DNA of 64,000 nucleotides, from assembly GCA_017651565.1 (NCBI GenBank), contig JAGCCQ010000050.1, positions 1,918 to 65,917 of the forward strand, in the 5' to 3' direction. The notes below the pieces were generated by a model, which searched no databases, was not told the DNA's origin, and saw only the letters and a program-made list of their open reading frames with translations. Position numbers and translations under genes: made by a program. This document shows, in pieces, positions 28,717-38,353 of the stretch. Position 1 is the first letter of the stretch. Each line of letters opens with the position of its first letter. Source of the DNA: Bacilli bacterium. GTDB lineage: Bacteria; Bacillota_I; Bacilli_A; RFN20; CAG-826.

Positions 28717-29750
28717 AGTTAATAACACAAATAGCAAGACCAAAGAGAATAGAAGATGTAGCAGGTCAGGAATTAGCAAAACAAGCTTTATTATCTATTG
28801 CTAAAAAGCCCTACGATAGTCCAAGAGTAATAATCTTACACGGTACCTATGGTGTCGGTAAGACTTCTCTTGCTAGAGCATTTGCTAGAGCACTTAACTG
28901 TCAAAATCAAAATAATGGAGACGCTTGTGGTAAGTGCTATACCTGTTCTATTAATATAGAGGATACCGAGTTTTATGAAGAGTATGACTCAAGTATTATA
29001 GGTAATGTTGAAGATATTAAAAAGTTACGAGAGTTTTTTAACTTTAATTCAGATCAAGGTTATAGAGTTATAACTATTGATGAGGCTCATTTATTATCAA
29101 GACAAGCCCAATCTTCACTACTAAAAGTTTTTGAAGAGGTTAATAGTAGAGTATTCTTTATATTATGTACTACCGAAAAAGATAAATTATTATCCACAAT
29201 ACAATCAAGGAGTATGGATATAAGACTAAATAAAGTACCCGATAGTTGTATTAGAGATAATTTAAAGAAAGTGGCAGAGGATAACTCTATTACTATTGAC
29301 GATAAGTCTATAGATCTAATTGTTTCTAAATGTGAAGGACACTTAAGAGACGCACACATCTTACTTCAAAACTATATGATTTTAGATGAGGATAGTTTTA
29401 AGAAGTTAGTGGGTACAGCAAGGAAATCTTTTCTAGGTTTCTATATATGCTGTTATTTAGGCGATTTAGGGCGTTCTCAACAGTTTTTAGGAGAATTAAT
29501 AAAATATCCACTGTCAGACTTAAAACGAGACTATGAGGCACTTCTGCTGGAAATAATGGAGTGTTCTGTTAGTGTTAAAGAGCCAAAAGATGAACTTATG
29601 CGTGAACTAATGAAACTAATGAAACAAAAAGTACTTAATCTATACTATATAATGGTTGATCCCATTATAATTAATTCATTTGACAATAGTGATAGATTCC
29701 AGGCAGCTCAGTATGACATATATTTAAAGATAAATCAAAAAATGAGGTAG
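28713..29750 (+). CDS. dnaX: DNA polymerase III gamma/tau-like clamp loader
   Basis: RPKRIEDVAGQ, GTYGVGKTS, LNC...ACGKCYTC, IDEAHLL, TIQSR. Confidence 0.88.
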   Translation: MKLITQIARPKRIEDVAGQELAKQALLSIAKKPYDSPRVIILHGTYGVGKTSLARAFARALNCQNQNNGDACGKCYTCSINIEDTEFYEEYDSSIIGNVEDIKKLREFFNFNSDQGYRVITIDEAHLLSRQAQSSLLKVFEEVNSRVFFILCTTEKDKLLSTIQSRSMDIRLNKVPDSCIRDNLKKVAEDNSITIDDKSIDLIVSKCEGHLRDAHILLQNYMILDEDSFKKLVGTARKSFLGFYICCYLGDLGRSQQFLGELIKYPLSDLKRDYEALLLEIMECSVSVKEPKDELMRELMKLMKQKVLNLYYIMVDPIIINSFDNSDRFQAAQYDIYLKINQKMR

Positions 29751-29754
29751 ATTA

Positions 29755-30279
29755 ATGAATAGTAGTGTGTCTATGTATGATATGGTTGAGAACATAGTCC
29801 AAGTAGTTATAAATACGCATTACAGTTTTGTAACAGATCCAGAGTTAAAGAAAGATCTAACGCAAACAGGTTTTTTGAAAGCGTATGAACTTTTAAATAG
29901 TGGTAACTATGATCCCAATCTAGCATTAAGAAATTATATTTATACAGGTGTAAGAAATGAAATACACAATGTTTTATACCATCTAGGGAAAGTATCGGTG
30001 TCTTCATTAGATACTTTAGATGTATATGATAATGTTATAGGTTATACACAAACTAAAGAATATGATATTGATTTAAGTATTGTTAAAGAAGTTTGTGATA
30101 AGTTTAAGTTTTCAGGAGATTACTATGTACCTGTTTTAAAGTATCTTAATGATATAGGTATGATTACTTTTGATCCTAAAGGTTATGATTTAAAAAACTA
30201 TAATCAAGAAATGCTTGAAGGAATAATTACTATTGTTTTATGGAAATTATATGATAGAGAGGTTGTTAATGAGTTCTAA
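29755..30279 (+). CDS. Truncated sigma-factor-like protein (region 2)
   Basis: DLTQTGFLKAYE...YDPN...RNYIYTGVRNEI resembles sigma70 region 2; no clear region 4. Confidence 0.6.
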   Translation: MNSSVSMYDMVENIVQVVINTHYSFVTDPELKKDLTQTGFLKAYELLNSGNYDPNLALRNYIYTGVRNEIHNVLYHLGKVSVSSLDTLDVYDNVIGYTQTKEYDIDLSIVKEVCDKFKFSGDYYVPVLKYLNDIGMITFDPKGYDLKNYNQEMLEGIITIVLWKLYDREVVNEF

Positions 30280-30655
30280 AGTTTATGATGACCTGGGGTG
30301 TCTTCTACTTTTTAATAATATCAGTGAAGAAGATATGGGTTTACTTATAGATTTATTACAAAATGAAAAGTATGGTTTTATTGCTCTATTACGAGAGGTT
30401 ATTGATGATGATAAAGTTTTACTAGAACTTTTAGATGTACTTTCAGGACAGAGAGTACAGTTCCCACCAAGAAGAAAAGTTTATAAAACATTGGAAAGAA
30501 TATCAATATATACCTTCTGTAAGAAGAGAGACTTTACTTATGATAGTTATAGACTTGCAAGTAAACAATTTGGTAAAAGAATACCACAGATTAAGGCTAT
30601 CATTGAAACAATGCGTAAATATGTAGATTCCGAGGAGGGAAATAGTGAAATCTAA
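30269..30655 (+). CDS. Mor/C-like transcription activator
   Basis: LLDVLSGQRVQFP...IY...LASKQFGKRIPQIKAII resembles the Mor-family GG-x-x-Y-x-P plus HTH layout. Confidence 0.5.
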   Translation: MSSKVYDDLGCLLLFNNISEEDMGLLIDLLQNEKYGFIALLREVIDDDKVLLELLDVLSGQRVQFPPRRKVYKTLERISIYTFCKKRDFTYDSYRLASKQFGKRIPQIKAIIETMRKYVDSEEGNSEI

Positions 30656-30860
30656 ATATAAGAAATGCGATAATAAGCGTATTGAGTGGCTAGAAAATAA
30701 TATGAATAAGTTTAACTATTTTTATTTTAAGGAGAATAAGGAAGATAAAAACATAATTGATTGTTATTGGAAGGGTAATGACAAAAGTTTCTGTGTATTT
30801 TATGGAGGTATCATTGATAAATTAATTGAAGATGAGAATATACCAACCAAAAAGGAATAA
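30645..30860 (+). CDS. Small hypothetical protein
   Basis: GTG start after GAGGAGG. Confidence 0.55.
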   Translation: MKSKYKKCDNKRIEWLENNMNKFNYFYFKENKEDKNIIDCYWKGNDKSFCVFYGGIIDKLIEDENIPTKKE

Positions 30861-30912
30861 CCAAAAATTGCCAAAAAATGTTATTGACAGTTTTTGGTTT
30901 TTTTGATATTAT
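30859..30912 (+). promoter_or_regulatory. SigmaA-type promoter with CCAAAAA repeats at 10-bp spacing
   Basis: TTGACA(30884)-17 nt-TATTAT with a TG extension; AACCA-AAAAT-TGCCA upstream. Confidence 0.75.
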
Positions 30913-30931
30913 TTTAATTGGAGGAAAGATT

Positions 30932-31318
30932 ATGGAAAGAAATATTGACTCTATGGGAAGAATAGTTATTCCTTCAGAGTATAGAAAGCAATTACATATT
31001 GGAGATAAGGACCTTTTAAATATGGATGTTTTAGATAATAAGATAGTCATATCAAAGGCTAACCCAAAACCAACTGATGTAAGAAGAGAAAAGATTTTAT
31101 TATATAATGAAAAGAAGATAAAAGAGTTAAGAGAAAAGTATCCTCAAGGTATGATACTAGAGTGTATTGAAATGAACGATCCGTATTCTCCTGTACCAAC
31201 AGGTGTTAAGGGTGTTGTTACTCTTGTTGATGATGTTGGTTCTATTCACGTTTCTTGGGAGAACGGACAAACACTAGCATTACTAGAGGACGAAGATAGG
31301 TTTAAGATAGTAAAGTAG
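30932..31318 (+). CDS. AbrB/MazE/SpoVT-family regulator fused to a DUF4314-like domain
   Basis: RNIDSMGRIVIPSEYRKQL (AbrB) plus MNDPYSPVPTG..G.V..VDDVGSIHVSWENG..L (DUF4314); ATG 30932. Confidence 0.85.
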   Translation: MERNIDSMGRIVIPSEYRKQLHIGDKDLLNMDVLDNKIVISKANPKPTDVRREKILLYNEKKIKELREKYPQGMILECIEMNDPYSPVPTGVKGVVTLVDDVGSIHVSWENGQTLALLEDEDRFKIVK

Positions 31319-31326
31319 GAGGAATT

Positions 31327-31737
31327 ATGAAGAAATTAGAGGAAACTAACAATGGTTATTTATATGCGAAAGTAAGTAGGCTTGAGTGCTTATCCTGGGG
31401 AGGTATGGGTATGTGTGACTTTTGTGGAAAAGATATGGACGAAGGTTATTTAGTATTTGTACTTCACAGTTGTATATGCCCCGAGTGTTTTAATACCTGG
31501 ATAGGAAGATCAAAGAAATATGAAGACGATTTAAACTACCAGGATGAAAGAGCTGATGGCTGGTTTAAAGCATATCTTGGAAGTAGTCTAGTTTATCCTG
31601 AAGGTTTTTCAAATAGGAATATTAGAAGATTACAAAAAAAGAATAATGAGATATTAAAAGATATAGAGAAACTCGATAAAGTCATAAGCGATGGTTTAAA
31701 AGATTTATTAAGTAAGGATAGTGATAAAAGTGCCTAA
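31327..31737 (+). CDS. Hypothetical protein with CxxC...CxxC
   Basis: WGGMGMCDFCG...CICPECF. Confidence 0.7.
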   Translation: MKKLEETNNGYLYAKVSRLECLSWGGMGMCDFCGKDMDEGYLVFVLHSCICPECFNTWIGRSKKYEDDLNYQDERADGWFKAYLGSSLVYPEGFSNRNIRRLQKKNNEILKDIEKLDKVISDGLKDLLSKDSDKSA

Positions 31738-32065
31738 TCAAGAGTTACCAAGTATAGAAAGATTAGATAGTATCTTTATGGGCTTATATAATGTGGTCCT
31801 AAAAGAATATAAGGATATGGAAGAAAAGAAAAATGAAAAACCTGTGAAACTTGATAGTAATAAGTTTACTGAAGATTTGAGTTTTGCATTTATTATGTAT
31901 AAGGATAAAGATATGGAGTCAGTAAAGCATTTACTTGTTGGAGATTATTTTGGAGTTATATCAGCACTGCTAGGGACAGTTAATGCTTTAAGGGAACAAG
32001 GTGTAATAAGTGATGATTTATTACTAGATATACTTAATATAAAAGATTGTAGAGGGGGGAAATAG
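31721..32065 (+). CDS. Hypothetical protein
   Basis: Overlapping ORF within the operon. Confidence 0.55.
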   Translation: MIKVPNQELPSIERLDSIFMGLYNVVLKEYKDMEEKKNEKPVKLDSNKFTEDLSFAFIMYKDKDMESVKHLLVGDYFGVISALLGTVNALREQGVISDDLLLDILNIKDCRGGK

Positions 32066-32068
32066 AAT

Positions 32069-32344
32069 ATGAATATTGTTACTATTGTTGGAAATATAGC
32101 AGGTATTTCAAAAATCTTAAAAGAAGATGGTAAAAAACAAATAAAACTAACTATTGAGTTAGAAAAAGAAACATATACGGAAGATGGTATTACTCATAAT
32201 GTTATAGTTCCTTGTTATATGGAAGATCCATTGGATGATGTTGAGATCTTTTCAATAAGTACGAGAGTATGTATAAAAGGAAGATATAGAAACGATAATG
32301 ACGGTGGACTAATTGTTATTGTTGATAGAATAGTAAACTTGTAG
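32069..32344 (+). CDS. Small OB-fold/SSB-like protein
   Basis: MNIVTIVGNI...VPC...VCIKGRY...VIVDRI resembles an SSB OB fold without the tail. Confidence 0.55.
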   Translation: MNIVTIVGNIAGISKILKEDGKKQIKLTIELEKETYTEDGITHNVIVPCYMEDPLDDVEIFSISTRVCIKGRYRNDNDGGLIVIVDRIVNL

Positions 32345-32358
32345 GTTAAGGAGGAAAT

Positions 32359-32859
32359 ATGGGTTTAGATCACGGTATCTATATTAAAAAAATTGGTAAA
32401 GGTAATAATAAGTTTAAAGATGTTGCTTATTTTAGAAAGTGTAACCAGGTACACGGTTGGTTTTTAAGAAACTGTGTATCAAGAGAGTTTAAAGATCCAA
32501 ATGAGTGGTGTGGTTCTATGGTTAAAATAGAGAAACAAGATCTTGAAAGTTTATTGCAAGATATTGAGAAAGTCCTTGAAGTAAGTAAACTTAAGAAGGG
32601 TAAAGTTATTGTGGACTATGATTATAAAATGATATTGGGGCATAAATATAAAAGACCTGTAAAGATGGAAGGGAGTGTAATTAAAAACCCAAAGACAGCA
32701 AAGAAACTTCTTCCTTGTTGTAAAGGTTTCTTCTTTGGTAGTTATAATTATGACGATTTCTATTTAGACCAACTATATGATGTAAAAATGCAATTAATTG
32801 AAATACTAAAAACTGTTGATTTTAATAAGTATAATGCTTACTATTGGGGTTGGTGGTAA
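32359..32859 (+). CDS. Conserved phage hypothetical protein
   Basis: MGLD...YFRKCNQVHGWF...GFFFGSYNYDDFY...WW family pattern. Confidence 0.75.
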   Translation: MGLDHGIYIKKIGKGNNKFKDVAYFRKCNQVHGWFLRNCVSREFKDPNEWCGSMVKIEKQDLESLLQDIEKVLEVSKLKKGKVIVDYDYKMILGHKYKRPVKMEGSVIKNPKTAKKLLPCCKGFFFGSYNYDDFYLDQLYDVKMQLIEILKTVDFNKYNAYYWGWW

Positions 32860-32863
32860 TATA

Positions 32864-33334
32864 ATGGAACACGAGTTAAGATATGGTCTTACTGTTCCTT
32901 ATGTTAGAGAAAAGGGTGTTTATAGTGGAACAACTTATTATATTGTAGAGGGTTATCTAACTCCTACTGCGTATATAGTTATACCAAAGAAGATAGGTTT
33001 GTTTAAGAAACACCCTTTTTATAAGTCCAAAGAGGAAATGCCATATACAAAAGCACCAGGTGGAATTACCTATGTTAGTGATGACTTCTATATTGATTGT
33101 GTTGGTAAAGATAATTTTGTAATAGGGTGGGACTACGCTCATTTTAATAATTATTTATATTTTGAAGATCCAAAACCACCAGCACCATCTTTTTGGAATT
33201 ATAATGAAGGGCATAAGGTTACATTAGAAGAAGTAAGAAGGGATGTAGAAAAAGTTATTGACTATGTTAAGGGGGTAGAAAAAAGATATGAGAAATCTAG
33301 ACGAAATACTAAAGACAAGAAATCTAAAAATTAA
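32864..33334 (+). CDS. Conserved phage hypothetical protein
   Basis: PTAYIVIP...GGITY...IGWDYAH pattern. Confidence 0.7.
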   Translation: MEHELRYGLTVPYVREKGVYSGTTYYIVEGYLTPTAYIVIPKKIGLFKKHPFYKSKEEMPYTKAPGGITYVSDDFYIDCVGKDNFVIGWDYAHFNNYLYFEDPKPPAPSFWNYNEGHKVTLEEVRRDVEKVIDYVKGVEKRYEKSRRNTKDKKSKN

Positions 33335-33935
33335 AGCAATAGAAAGAAATATGCCAATGGTTGGTGGAAGTTATTATGATACTATTAGTGGTAAATGGCT
33401 TAACTTTATGTTTTCAGTACAAATGGGTTGGGAACATTTATCAGTTAGTATGCCTAGTAAGACACCTAGTTGGGACCAAATGTGTGTTATGAAAGACATA
33501 TTTTTTGAAGAAGAGGAAGAGTGTTTTGAATACCACCCTAAAAAGAGTGAGTATGTTAATATGCACCCACACTGTCTTCATATTTGGAGACCAAGAGTAG
33601 AAGATAGAATTAATGCTTTTAGTCAATTAGGTTTTATTAAGCCTTATAAAGTTAATGTGCTTGAGGTTTTAAAAGATTTTAATATGAGTGAAGAGCAAAA
33701 AGAAGCTATGGATAAGTTCTTAAGTGCTGAAGGATCTAGTGAAAAAGTTGATGAGTTAACTATTACACTTGCTGATAAAGTACCTTTAGAATTATTAGAT
33801 ATAGTAAAGCCACCTAGTATTTTAGTTGGGACTAAAAATACTGAAAGTTTTAATGCCTTTAAAGATGTGGCTAAAAGTTTCGGTAAAGAAGTTAACCCAT
33901 CTAGTATTTATGTGGATGGTGTTAAAAATGAGTAA
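33288..33935 (+). CDS. Conserved phage hypothetical protein
   Basis: GWEHLSVS...PSWDQMC..KDIFF...YVNMHPHCLHIW pattern. Confidence 0.75.
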   Translation: MRNLDEILKTRNLKIKAIERNMPMVGGSYYDTISGKWLNFMFSVQMGWEHLSVSMPSKTPSWDQMCVMKDIFFEEEEECFEYHPKKSEYVNMHPHCLHIWRPRVEDRINAFSQLGFIKPYKVNVLEVLKDFNMSEEQKEAMDKFLSAEGSSEKVDELTITLADKVPLELLDIVKPPSILVGTKNTESFNAFKDVAKSFGKEVNPSSIYVDGVKNE

Positions 33936-34389
33936 TGACTCTTGGAAAGATTGTAAGTTTGATTTTAGATCAATACCAACTAAATGTGATAATTGTGGTA
34001 GTGATAGAGTAAGATATACAACAAACGATGAAATCTATGGAAAGATATATGGTAACGGGGGTTGTTATATTTGCGATAGTTGTAGATCCTATGTAGGTGT
34101 TTATGATACTAAAAGTAAAAAGCCTTTAGGAAGATTAGCAACAAAAGAATTAAGAGAATTAAAGATGGCTTGTCATAGTAAACTTGATCCTTGGTGGAAG
34201 AGTGGTAAGTTTAAGCGAACTGATTGTTATGGTTACCTGGCTAATAAGTTAGGGTTACACTTAAGAGAAACTCACTTTGGATGGTTTGATAAAGAGTATT
34301 TAGATAAGTCATTGATAATTCTAGGTACAACAACCGAAGACGATATTCGTAAGTATGTTAATAGTAGGAAGGAGATTAATAATGGATAG
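33928..34389 (+). CDS. Zinc-finger protein (DUF3268-like)
   Basis: CDNCG...CDSC.SYVG...PLGRLA..ELR...H..LDPWW...HFGWFD. Confidence 0.75.
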   Translation: MSNDSWKDCKFDFRSIPTKCDNCGSDRVRYTTNDEIYGKIYGNGGCYICDSCRSYVGVYDTKSKKPLGRLATKELRELKMACHSKLDPWWKSGKFKRTDCYGYLANKLGLHLRETHFGWFDKEYLDKSLIILGTTTEDDIRKYVNSRKEINNG

Positions 34390-34693
34390 TATGTATTTGG
34401 AAGATAGGGCTTTAGAAAGAAAGCATTTAGAAGACGATCTAATGCGTCTTGTTGATAATTATATGATAGTAAGTGAAGAATATAATAAGACCTTTAGTAG
34501 AGATAGTGCTTTTATAAAAGACCTTGTAGCAGGTGGTTTAAGAGGAATACTTGCTATATATGAAGTATATGCAAGGGACGGGCATATATACCCTTCTTAT
34601 GCTTTGGAAAAACTAAATAATGTATTACCTTTTATAGAAGAGAATATAAAGTATTTTGAATTAAAGTTAAAAGAAGAAAAAGAAGATATATAG
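34382..34693 (+). CDS. Hypothetical protein
   Basis: ATG 34382 after AAGGAG. Confidence 0.6.
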   Translation: MDSMYLEDRALERKHLEDDLMRLVDNYMIVSEEYNKTFSRDSAFIKDLVAGGLRGILAIYEVYARDGHIYPSYALEKLNNVLPFIEENIKYFELKLKEEKEDI

Positions 34694-34703
34694 GAGAGTT
34701 TAT

Positions 34704-34856
34704 ATGAAGATAAGAGATTTACCTTTAGGGTGTATTATATGGTATCGTAATGATATTTTAGGAATTACAGGAGCAACACTTCCTGGTAAATATTATGATA
34801 TGAATTGTAAGAAGATTAATGGAAATGATTTTGATTATGAATTAGTGGAGGAATAA
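34704..34856 (+). CDS. Small hypothetical protein (50 aa), not in the ORF track
   Basis: AGGAG RBS; MKIRDLPLGCIIWYRNDILG...ELVEE*; fills the gap. Confidence 0.55.
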   Translation: MKIRDLPLGCIIWYRNDILGITGATLPGKYYDMNCKKINGNDFDYELVEE

Positions 34857-34857
34857 A

Positions 34858-35148
34858 ATGCGAAGAGGAATAAAAGCAAGTTTATATCTTCCATTAGATT
34901 GTCTTGATACTCTTACAAATAGAGAAGAAGATCTTAATGACTACTTTGATAGTATTAAAGATTTTGCTTATGATTATGGAAGTATGGAATATCAGGAAAA
35001 AGAAGTGTGCTACTTTGATGTTATTCTTTTAGATAAGACAATAAAGAGTGTTAGACAAAAATATACAGGTGTAAAAAAGTATTTAAAGGTTTTAACAGGT
35101 AAACAACCAAAACAAATCTTTATAATTACATTTGATAAAATAATGTAG
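34858..35148 (+). CDS. Hypothetical protein
   Basis: GGAGG RBS. Confidence 0.6.
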   Translation: MRRGIKASLYLPLDCLDTLTNREEDLNDYFDSIKDFAYDYGSMEYQEKEVCYFDVILLDKTIKSVRQKYTGVKKYLKVLTGKQPKQIFIITFDKIM

Positions 35149-35156
35149 GTGGTATT

Positions 35157-35456
35157 ATGAAAAATAGATTAGATCTAGATAAAGTTATGAGTATAACAAC
35201 TATTATTGTGGCATTTATATTTTTAGTTTTAACTATTATAAACCTAGTAGTACTTGATAGTGAGCGTTTACGCTATTTTATATTTGGTGGAAACGCAATA
35301 CTTATTATCTTTTCTTGTATTAGGTTTTGGGTAATAGATAGTAATATGAATAAAGATTTTAAAGAAATGACTCGTGCTTTTAGAGTAATAAAAGATATGC
35401 ACGAAGATTTATATAAGGAGAACCAAGAGTGGGAGATAATTACGAAGAAAAAATAA
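35157..35456 (+). CDS. Small membrane protein with two transmembrane segments
   Basis: Two hydrophobic stretches. Confidence 0.65.
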   Translation: MKNRLDLDKVMSITTIIVAFIFLVLTIINLVVLDSERLRYFIFGGNAILIIFSCIRFWVIDSNMNKDFKEMTRAFRVIKDMHEDLYKENQEWEIITKKK

Positions 35457-35779
35457 GAGAGAGAAGAGATTACCAATTCTATGATGACGAACTAAATGAA
35501 GAAGTATGGACTAATATAATGATGTATTCTTGTACTAGAGGAAGTTTTAAAGAAGTTTGTAAGGCTTTTAGAGAAGTTTGTTACGATCAGGTTAGTTATT
35601 ATGGAGAGGATAACTGTTCCCCAATATATAAAGACGAAGAGAAGTACCCAAGAGAAGTAATAGATCAACTAACATATCTTCAGCGTAAAATATCAACAGC
35701 AGTTGATTTATACGAGCAAGGACTTGTTAATGGAAGAAAGTTTGATTGGGACTATCTAGTTAGTAGGTTAGGGGTTTAA
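35429..35779 (+). CDS. Hypothetical protein
   Basis: 116 aa, ends at the terminator. Confidence 0.55.
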   Translation: MGDNYEEKIRERRDYQFYDDELNEEVWTNIMMYSCTRGSFKEVCKAFREVCYDQVSYYGEDNCSPIYKDEEKYPREVIDQLTYLQRKISTAVDLYEQGLVNGRKFDWDYLVSRLGV

Positions 35780-35815
35780 AGAACATTGAGTAATGTTCTT
35801 TTTTTATATATAATA
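35778..35815 (+). promoter_or_regulatory. Terminator fused to phage promoter class B (late-type)
   Basis: AAAGAACATT-GAGT-AATGTTCTTT, whose T-tract runs into TATATATAATA. Confidence 0.65.
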
Positions 35816-35824
35816 TTAGGAGGT

Positions 35825-36073
35825 ATGACTATGAGTGATAAAGAAAAATACTTTATATTATTTACCTTATTAGGTATTATTATTGCTATGTTTATAATTT
35901 ATATATGTTTAATTTCAGAGATAAATGATATAAAGAAAACGGAAGAAGAGCCAAAATATTGTAATGTAAAAATAGAAGAGGGTATTAATGGAGATGTTTT
36001 TATTATGAATTGTGTACCTAAATCTATATACAAAGAAGTAGTAAAAGAAAGTATAGAAGAAAAAACAATATAA
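35825..36073 (+). CDS. Small membrane-anchored protein
   Basis: ATG 35825/35831 after AGGAGG; one TM helix. Confidence 0.6.
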   Translation: MTMSDKEKYFILFTLLGIIIAMFIIYICLISEINDIKKTEEEPKYCNVKIEEGINGDVFIMNCVPKSIYKEVVKESIEEKTI

Positions 36074-36082
36074 GGAGTTTTT

Positions 36083-37975
36083 ATGGAGCAAGATACGGAG
36101 AAGAAAGCGTTGGACTCTTTCTTTAGTGCTATTGATAGCTTTAGAGGAGTTAATACTGACGCTAAATTAGTAAGAGAAGTAGTAAATATTGAGACTTGGC
36201 TTTCAGAGGAGTTCTATTCAGGACCAAGTGCAAAACAAATATATCCATATTGGAAACAGGCGATAATAGATGTTTTTAATTCTCCAACAAGAATTAATGA
36301 GGTTATAATTTCAGGTTCTATTGGTACAGGTAAAAGTACTATAGCGTGTTATATGATGATCTATCGTCTATATGAGTTAAGTTGTTACTTTCCACCACAA
36401 GCATTATATAATCTAATGTCTAATACTAAAATCTTATTTGCATATTTTAATATAACAAAAGATTTAGCAGGACAAGTTGGTTTCGCACAAATGAGAGACA
36501 TAATAGATACTATCCCTTACTTTCAGAACATATTTAAGAGAAATGAAAAGAAGAACTCACAGTTAGAGTGGGAGCAATCACATATCTATATGAAACCAGC
36601 AAGTAGTTCTAATGATGTTATAGGTATGAACTTAATATCTTTCTTTATAGATGAGGCAAACTTTTTTAAGGGAGATGGGCTTCAATCAACAGGTTCTTCT
36701 ATAAATGACGCTCAATCAAGAGCACAGGAATTATATAATTCAGTAAGAACAAGAGGAAAGTCTCGTTTCGTTGTAAATAATGAAGACTTTACTTTTAATA
36801 TTCTAGTGTCATCAAGTATGTATGAGTCATCATTTACAGCAACAAGAATTAGAGAAGGTCAAGGAGATCCACACACTAAAGTCTTTGAACCAAGGATATG
36901 GGAAGTAAAGAATACAAATACCTATTCTAAAGAGAGGTTTATAGTCTTTTCGGGTAATGAATTAATTGATCCAATGATTTGTGAGACAGTTTCAGATGTT
37001 AATTATATAAGAACATATTATAAACTTAATGAAGTTGTGGCTAAAACGCCAAAAGAAGCTATAGCCGATATAACTGATTATGATATTAAAAAGAGATTTA
37101 TTGAAGTACCAATGAACTTTTATACAGATTTTAAGGCTAATATAATTAGATCTTTGCAAGATATTGCTGGTGTTCCTGTTAGTGCTATGGGTAAGTTATT
37201 CTCAAATAGAGAAGCCTATGCTAAAGCAATAACTGAAGAATTAAGTCCTTTTATACAGGACGAGATTGTAATTTCTACTAACGCAAATACAACAATACAA
37301 GACTTCTTTAGACCAGAGTATCGTCCAAAAGATATTGAGAAGAAGAGATTTTTACACATAGACCAATCTATTTCAGGGGACTCAACAGGAGTAGCACAAT
37401 GTTATATAGACGAGATTGTATATGATAATTACGGTATACCGAGCCCAAGAATAAAGATAGATTGGATGATTAGAATAAACCCACCGAGACTACCTTATCA
37501 AATAGATCTTGCTAAAGTAAGAAGTGTTATTCAGTGGGAAGAGCAAAACTTTGGTATAAGTTTTGGGCTAATATCTTATGATACTTTCCAATCTTATGAA
37601 GCCGTACAAGATCTTGAAAAGTCAGGATACCCTGTTAAGTTTAGATCAGTTGATAGAACTGATAAGGAGTATTTAGATCTTTGTGATCTATATTACCAAG
37701 GAAGAATACAGCATTATAGAAACGGTATCTATGAGTTTGAACTGTTTAACCTTAATTGGTTCCGTGCAAAAAATAAAGTAGACCACGATAAAGATAAACA
37801 TAAGGACTTATCGGACGCTGTATGTGGCTCTGTTGCTAATGCTTTAGAATATCCAGCAATAGAGGAGATTCAAAGAGAACGAGATATAAATATATTTTTA
37901 GAGGATAGGAATTACGATAATATAAATAATAGTTATAAGAAAGACCGTGACGAATTGTTAAGTGGTTTTTTCTAG
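36083..37975 (+). CDS. terL: Terminase large subunit
   Basis: Walker A SGSIGTGKS, Walker B FFIDEANF, nuclease motifs LHIDQS, SYDTFQS and KDLSDAV. Confidence 0.85.
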   Translation: MEQDTEKKALDSFFSAIDSFRGVNTDAKLVREVVNIETWLSEEFYSGPSAKQIYPYWKQAIIDVFNSPTRINEVIISGSIGTGKSTIACYMMIYRLYELSCYFPPQALYNLMSNTKILFAYFNITKDLAGQVGFAQMRDIIDTIPYFQNIFKRNEKKNSQLEWEQSHIYMKPASSSNDVIGMNLISFFIDEANFFKGDGLQSTGSSINDAQSRAQELYNSVRTRGKSRFVVNNEDFTFNILVSSSMYESSFTATRIREGQGDPHTKVFEPRIWEVKNTNTYSKERFIVFSGNELIDPMICETVSDVNYIRTYYKLNEVVAKTPKEAIADITDYDIKKRFIEVPMNFYTDFKANIIRSLQDIAGVPVSAMGKLFSNREAYAKAITEELSPFIQDEIVISTNANTTIQDFFRPEYRPKDIEKKRFLHIDQSISGDSTGVAQCYIDEIVYDNYGIPSPRIKIDWMIRINPPRLPYQIDLAKVRSVIQWEEQNFGISFGLISYDTFQSYEAVQDLEKSGYPVKFRSVDRTDKEYLDLCDLYYQGRIQHYRNGIYEFELFNLNWFRAKNKVDHDKDKHKDLSDAVCGSVANALEYPAIEEIQRERDINIFLEDRNYDNINNSYKKDRDELLSGFF

Positions 37976-37987
37976 GAGGTAGATATA

Positions 37988-38185
37988 GTGAAAGAAAAGT
38001 ATATATGGAATTATGATATAAAGATCAAGACTAAAGATGGGACTTTTGATTATGAAGATAAGCCTTTAGATATGCTAGAACCTATCTTAAAGGAACATCC
38101 AGAGTATGAAGAAGTGCAAGTTAAACATAAGGTTTTAACCAAGAAACCACCAACTAAAAGTGTAAAGTTTGTGTCAAATAAATAG
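37988..38185 (+). CDS. Small hypothetical protein
   Basis: GTG start after AGGAGG. Confidence 0.6.
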   Translation: MKEKYIWNYDIKIKTKDGTFDYEDKPLDMLEPILKEHPEYEEVQVKHKVLTKKPPTKSVKFVSNK

Positions 38186-38326
38186 TCAATGTGTAAAGTA
38201 CCAAGAAATCATAAAATAAAAAAATTTTTTGGTACTTTTCTTTGTTTTTAAGCCTTATTTTATGGGGTGTGTAAAGTAAATGTAAAGTGGTTTACATTTG
38301 TTTCCACTTTCAAAATGTGGTATAAT
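38161..38326 (+). promoter_or_regulatory. Regulatory region: TGTAAAGT repeats, palindromes and an extended -10 promoter
   Basis: TGTAAAGT at 38161, 38192, 38270 and 38281; AAATGTAAA-GTGG-TTTACATTT palindrome; TG-G-TATAAT at 38318-38326. Confidence 0.55.
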
Positions 38327-38353
38327 ATTAGGTAAGAAAGGAGGGAAAGTGTC

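Noticed and set aside
7025-30626. Short alternative-frame + strand ORFs (7025, 10602, 16671, 30435)
   Set aside because: Fully nested in better-supported genes; no RBS or motif.
35825-36073. Small terminase call for the gene upstream of terL
   Set aside because: It has a transmembrane helix and no small-terminase features.
36083-37975. Intein or intron in the terminase, RecA or capsid genes
   Set aside because: Lengths are ordinary, and I saw no intein terminal motifs or homing endonuclease signatures.
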